64,000 nt of DNA, from contig NW_003314279.1 of the NCBI RefSeq assembly GCF_000143415.4, forward strand, positions 854,091 through 918,090, in the 5' to 3' direction. The notes under the pieces are model-generated. The model had not been told where the DNA came from. It saw only the letters and a list, made by a program, of their open reading frames with translations, and searched no databases. This stretch comes from Selaginella moellendorffii. Its lineage: Eukaryota > Plantae > Lycopodiophyta. The position numbers and the translations under genes were made by a program. This document shows positions 60,107-64,000 of the stretch, in pieces (within the stretch, counting starts at the first letter, position 1; every line of letters starts with the position of its first letter).

Positions 60107-63100
60107 TGTCGCGAATGTGACTTCGGGTATCGAAAGTTACCTGTCGACCAGTCCTTACGGACACTCTTTCCTTACTGCCACGATGGCAGGAGGTCGGTAT
60201 TGCTGGACCCTTTATCAGCCCCTCTTGTTCAAGTGTTAGTAAACTGGACTTAGCATCTGTACTTGGCCGGATGAGCATAAGGACGGAATTCCTAAGTGTC
60301 TATTTGGCCAAGCATACTTGGCCCGGCTTTTTAGTTCTCTTTTGCTCTGTCTTGCACTGGCTTGACAAGAACCCTTGCGTATTGAGATTGGTCCCTCAAT
60401 ATTGCTACATGATAGCTTACCGTGTCTGCCAAACACCCTCGCTATCATGCCCTTTGTGTTAGTCTCATTTCGGTCCCAAATACTATTTATGGAAAGTGTC
60501 CAGATTTGCTCATTTGGCATATTTACGGAATGTAGAGATCGGCCTGAACACAATGGTGTTCGTCCCATGTCCAAATTCACAATCTAAGGACATTCCATAT
60601 TTAGTAAGTTTCAAGTTTGTCCCAGAGACTAACTCCTGATACTAAGGGAGGCTTGGGGTGAAAGCCCAAAGCGTGTGTTCCTCAAGGGGGGGGGGGGGGG
60701 CCGGGGCCTATGGGGGGTTCCAAATGTATAGTAGGGATAGTGGGTAGGTCGGGCATGGCCGACCAACCTGAGGCATAGTCTAGCTCCTGCTTGCATGCCT
60801 GTCCTTGTTCTGCGTCCGGCTTGGGTCTAAGCCCAAGTTCCATTCCATACTAGTTGGTGGAGTACCCATGTCCTCACGTTAGGCCACCGGTATGCCGAAA
60901 TAGCGCCAGACTCCGTTTGGCTCCGTTTTGTGTGCTGGTCCTGGCATTGGGATGCTGGTTGCTTCAGGACTGTTCCAAGTCGCTCCAGGTCCCTGTCCCT
61001 TCGCTCCTTGGGCTTTATGCTCGGGAGTTGCTCCGTGGTCCGGTTCCATCACTCCTTGGCTCCACGCTTGGGAGTTTGGCACCGTTCCTTCGTTCAGTGG
61101 CCCAAGGCCCTGAACCTCAGGTTCCTATGGACACGTGGCATGGACATGTGGCATCTGTCACGTGGCACAAAGAGGGTTTAGATTCTGCTTCGTGGTGTTA
61201 TCCTATGGTAAATCACCATAGGATAAAGGGTCAAAACCACGTGCGCTACATTTGGTATCAGAGGTAGAGTCTCGGCGAGAACTATCCAATGAGATTGGGC
61301 AACTAGTCTCGTTGCATACGCAAAGATGAAAACGATGATCCGAGTGGGTACACGTCTTGGTGCAAAGACTTCGCATTGGTTCCTTGGGATAGGTTTTGGT
61401 TACTTTTTTTTTGTTCCATATTATGTGAGCTTGCTCTTGGGCTCATAGGGTGGACTGAGTTGTTCCATTACACGAGTTTGCGCTTGGGCTCGTGAGTGAG
61501 GCACATTAGCAACTTGAGGTTACACTTTGAGTTGGCAGGATTAATGTTAGCCTATCGGTGGTTCCATGAGTTGTTCCATGTACCATGGGTGAAAGTAAAC
61601 TTTCCCTGAGTTTGCTATGAGTGGCAAATAGGCTGGTCCGTAGCTGTTTAGCACGGCACTAGTGGATCCTTCCTAGGCATGATTATAAGTGGATCAATCA
61701 AGACTATAGGGATTAGTCTATTGGTTCAAGTAGTCATGGCCGTGCTCTCTCATAAACTTTTCTTCGATTGAACTGAAGGCAGTGCGAAAGCAAGTTTGAG
61801 GTTTGGTCAAAGATGAGACCGAAAAGAGAGTTGTTAGGGATGGAGGATCAAATACGTAAATCATTTTCTCTTTTGGAGAAATGATTCGCAACGAGGTGTT
61901 AACTCATTGCTTGTATTCACATCATGCAATCAAGAGTCCCTATCTTGATGCATGTTGGAGATGGTGGTCTTACAATGGTGAGTTGTGGGATGGATAGCGG
62001 TGAAGTGCTATACCATTTTGTCTAGGCTTGCTATTGAAAGACTTGGGTTGCAATGCTCAATTCTTTTCCGGGGAACCTTGCTATTGCTCCTTGAGTAGCT
62101 TGGTGTTGGATTAGTGTTGAGTTTGGTCGGAAAGAGAGTGGCATGAGCTTGTCTGTGTTGTGAACAAAAGTTAGCGATGTTGGGTGTTGTAAATCTCTAT
62201 TGGTGGAGTGTGGCATTTATGTTGCATTTTGTCGAATTGAGTTGGCACTTGATACTCACATAAACCTTTGAAGTAATGACATTGGCATTGCTCGTGGTGT
62301 TGCTCAATCGATGATCAAGTCATTGTGATTTCTATATCATATCCATGTGATAATGAGCAATGTGTTTACGAAGTTGCTTGGTTAAATGATGATCAACCCC
62401 AAAGTGGTTGATGGAGAAGCTAGTCTACTTGCACGAAGTAGCATTGTAGTAGCTTTGACTGAATTCTCGGAGATGGTCCATTATGCTAAGCTTAAGTTGG
62501 TACCTTGTTTCCTTGAGTTTGCCCATTAGGTGTTGGAAAAGGGTTATAGCATTCACTTGCTATGACTTGTCGGTTGAACCGTTAGCATTTGGAGTAGATT
62601 GTTGGATGGAGAAGATGTGTAGTTGGGGCATTGACATCACTAACACTTGTGTTAGTGGAAGTGGCATTGTTATTTCAAGTGATGAGGAATTTTCCTTGGA
62701 CCTTGATTTTCCATGTCATTTTTCTTGTTAATGTTTCGGCTTCACATTAGATCTTAAAGGCGATTGAAGAAGAGTGTTAGTGCAATGTGGATATCCAAAG
62801 ATGTGGTCTTCGTGATCAAGCCTTGGATGTTCATTTTGCACTTTGCGGATGTCAGTGTTGGATGTCGGTTATATGGGCAAAGATGTTCGATGCTTAAGCA
62901 TGTTGTTCGATCATGAGAATTTGTGTTGAGGTGAGCCTATGTGAAGTTGTTGGTAGGAGGAAGTTGGTTGAGTCTTGAAAATTTGCAATCCTGGACTGAG
63001 AGTCATTCTTTCTCTAGGATGGGAAATTTTCCACAAATTTTCTTAGACTTTTCCAATGGCTGATCTATTGATCATTTTGTCTGAAAACCATTCCGTTTTT

Positions 63101-64000
63101 GAAGGCCAGTACAAACTAGTGAAGAGGTTGGAGTTGACTTTGGTTGGCTTGAACCTTAGTAAATAGTTTGTATGATGTGGCCTGAAAGGGATGCTGACTT
63201 TTGGGGCTAAGGCAATTGAGTTGGATAGAGTCTAGAGTTGGTGTAGAAAAGTGGCCGTTGCACTTTTCTCAGAAATGTGACCCTTGTACCTTTCTTTTGT
63301 AGCGTTATGCTTGGTGGCAGGTTGCACCTTGCATTACGTTAGACTCTATGAGAGTAGTGAGCTCTCACTGATCTTGACTTGGTCTTGGTGGCCCTGCGCC
63401 TTGGCTAAGGATGGTGATGTCCAACTTAGTTGTTTGAGGTTGAGATGTTGGTACCCGTACTATAGCTTTGTCTATGAGGAGGTTGTGTACCAATATGAGT
63501 CCATCTCATGGTCTTCACTTTAGTTTCGACTGAGTGTTGATCATGCATAGCTAGCCTCTTCAAGGCATGCTCAGAGCTATTGACTAAATGCATTAGTGAG
63601 CTTATTGCGGTTAAGTTGGATTCGAGTGGTCATTTAGTTTGTGCTTGTCTATGAACTTTTATCTCGTACCTGAGGTATTACGTTCATATTGGATGAGTAT
63701 ATGACTCGATGATATGAGTTTAGTGTTGAGTTTTGTGAACGCAAGTTGAGGAGTGATTGTTAGTTCTCTTTTGTGACTAGTGATTACTTGTAGACTTTAT
63801 CAAGGACCGTTGACACTTGCTTTGCTCGATGATGATTTAGCAGTGGTGGGCTTGCTTTACCGGATGGTGTTGCGGAGGATCATGTCATTAGGCTGGCATG
63901 GTTTTTCCATGTTGGCATGTCAATTCCTTTGTCGATATCATTTGGTTACGTTTGGTCTATAATGTTGGATTTCATTGAGTCTTGGAGGTGGTGATTCACT
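60107..64000 (+). mobile_element. 5' part of an LTR element with a family C LTR and a non-coding internal region (LARD-like)
   Basis: LTR 60107-61250 (TGTCGC...GCGCTACA); PBS TGGTATCAGAG 61253-61263; no gag/pol motifs through 64000; ~63800-64000 is homologous to the 3' UTR of element C (~30740-30942). Confidence 0.85.

Overview
Plant nuclear DNA, most likely the lycophyte Selaginella. This is inferred from a microbial-type terpene synthase, 47-90 nt introns, very tight gene spacing and a PLS-class PPR gene. Bases 1-31.6 kb are a nested LTR-retrotransposon cluster. It contains a decayed Ty1/copia, two copies of a Ty3/gypsy chromovirus (family A), a large non-coding LTR element (B), a second decayed chromovirus (C), two miniature TRIM families and a 5S-rRNA-bearing Cassandra-type solo LTR. 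Bases 33.4-47.8 kb are a dense gene island: PPR, complex I subunit NDUFC2/B14.5b (missed by the ORF track), SOSEKI, a three-unit PsbY polyprotein, RPS17, a cupin, a BSP-like protein, UBP25 and riboflavin synthase. Bases 48-60 kb hold the terpene synthase plus F-box and SMC6 remnants, and 60.1-64 kb is the 5' part of another non-coding LTR element. The most striking signal is that the family A pol gene is split by two GT-AG micro-introns (47 and 52 nt) whose removal restores canonical integrase motifs exactly. A further intron-like segment at the gag/protease junction, in two different families, would yield a Gag-only mRNA if spliced.
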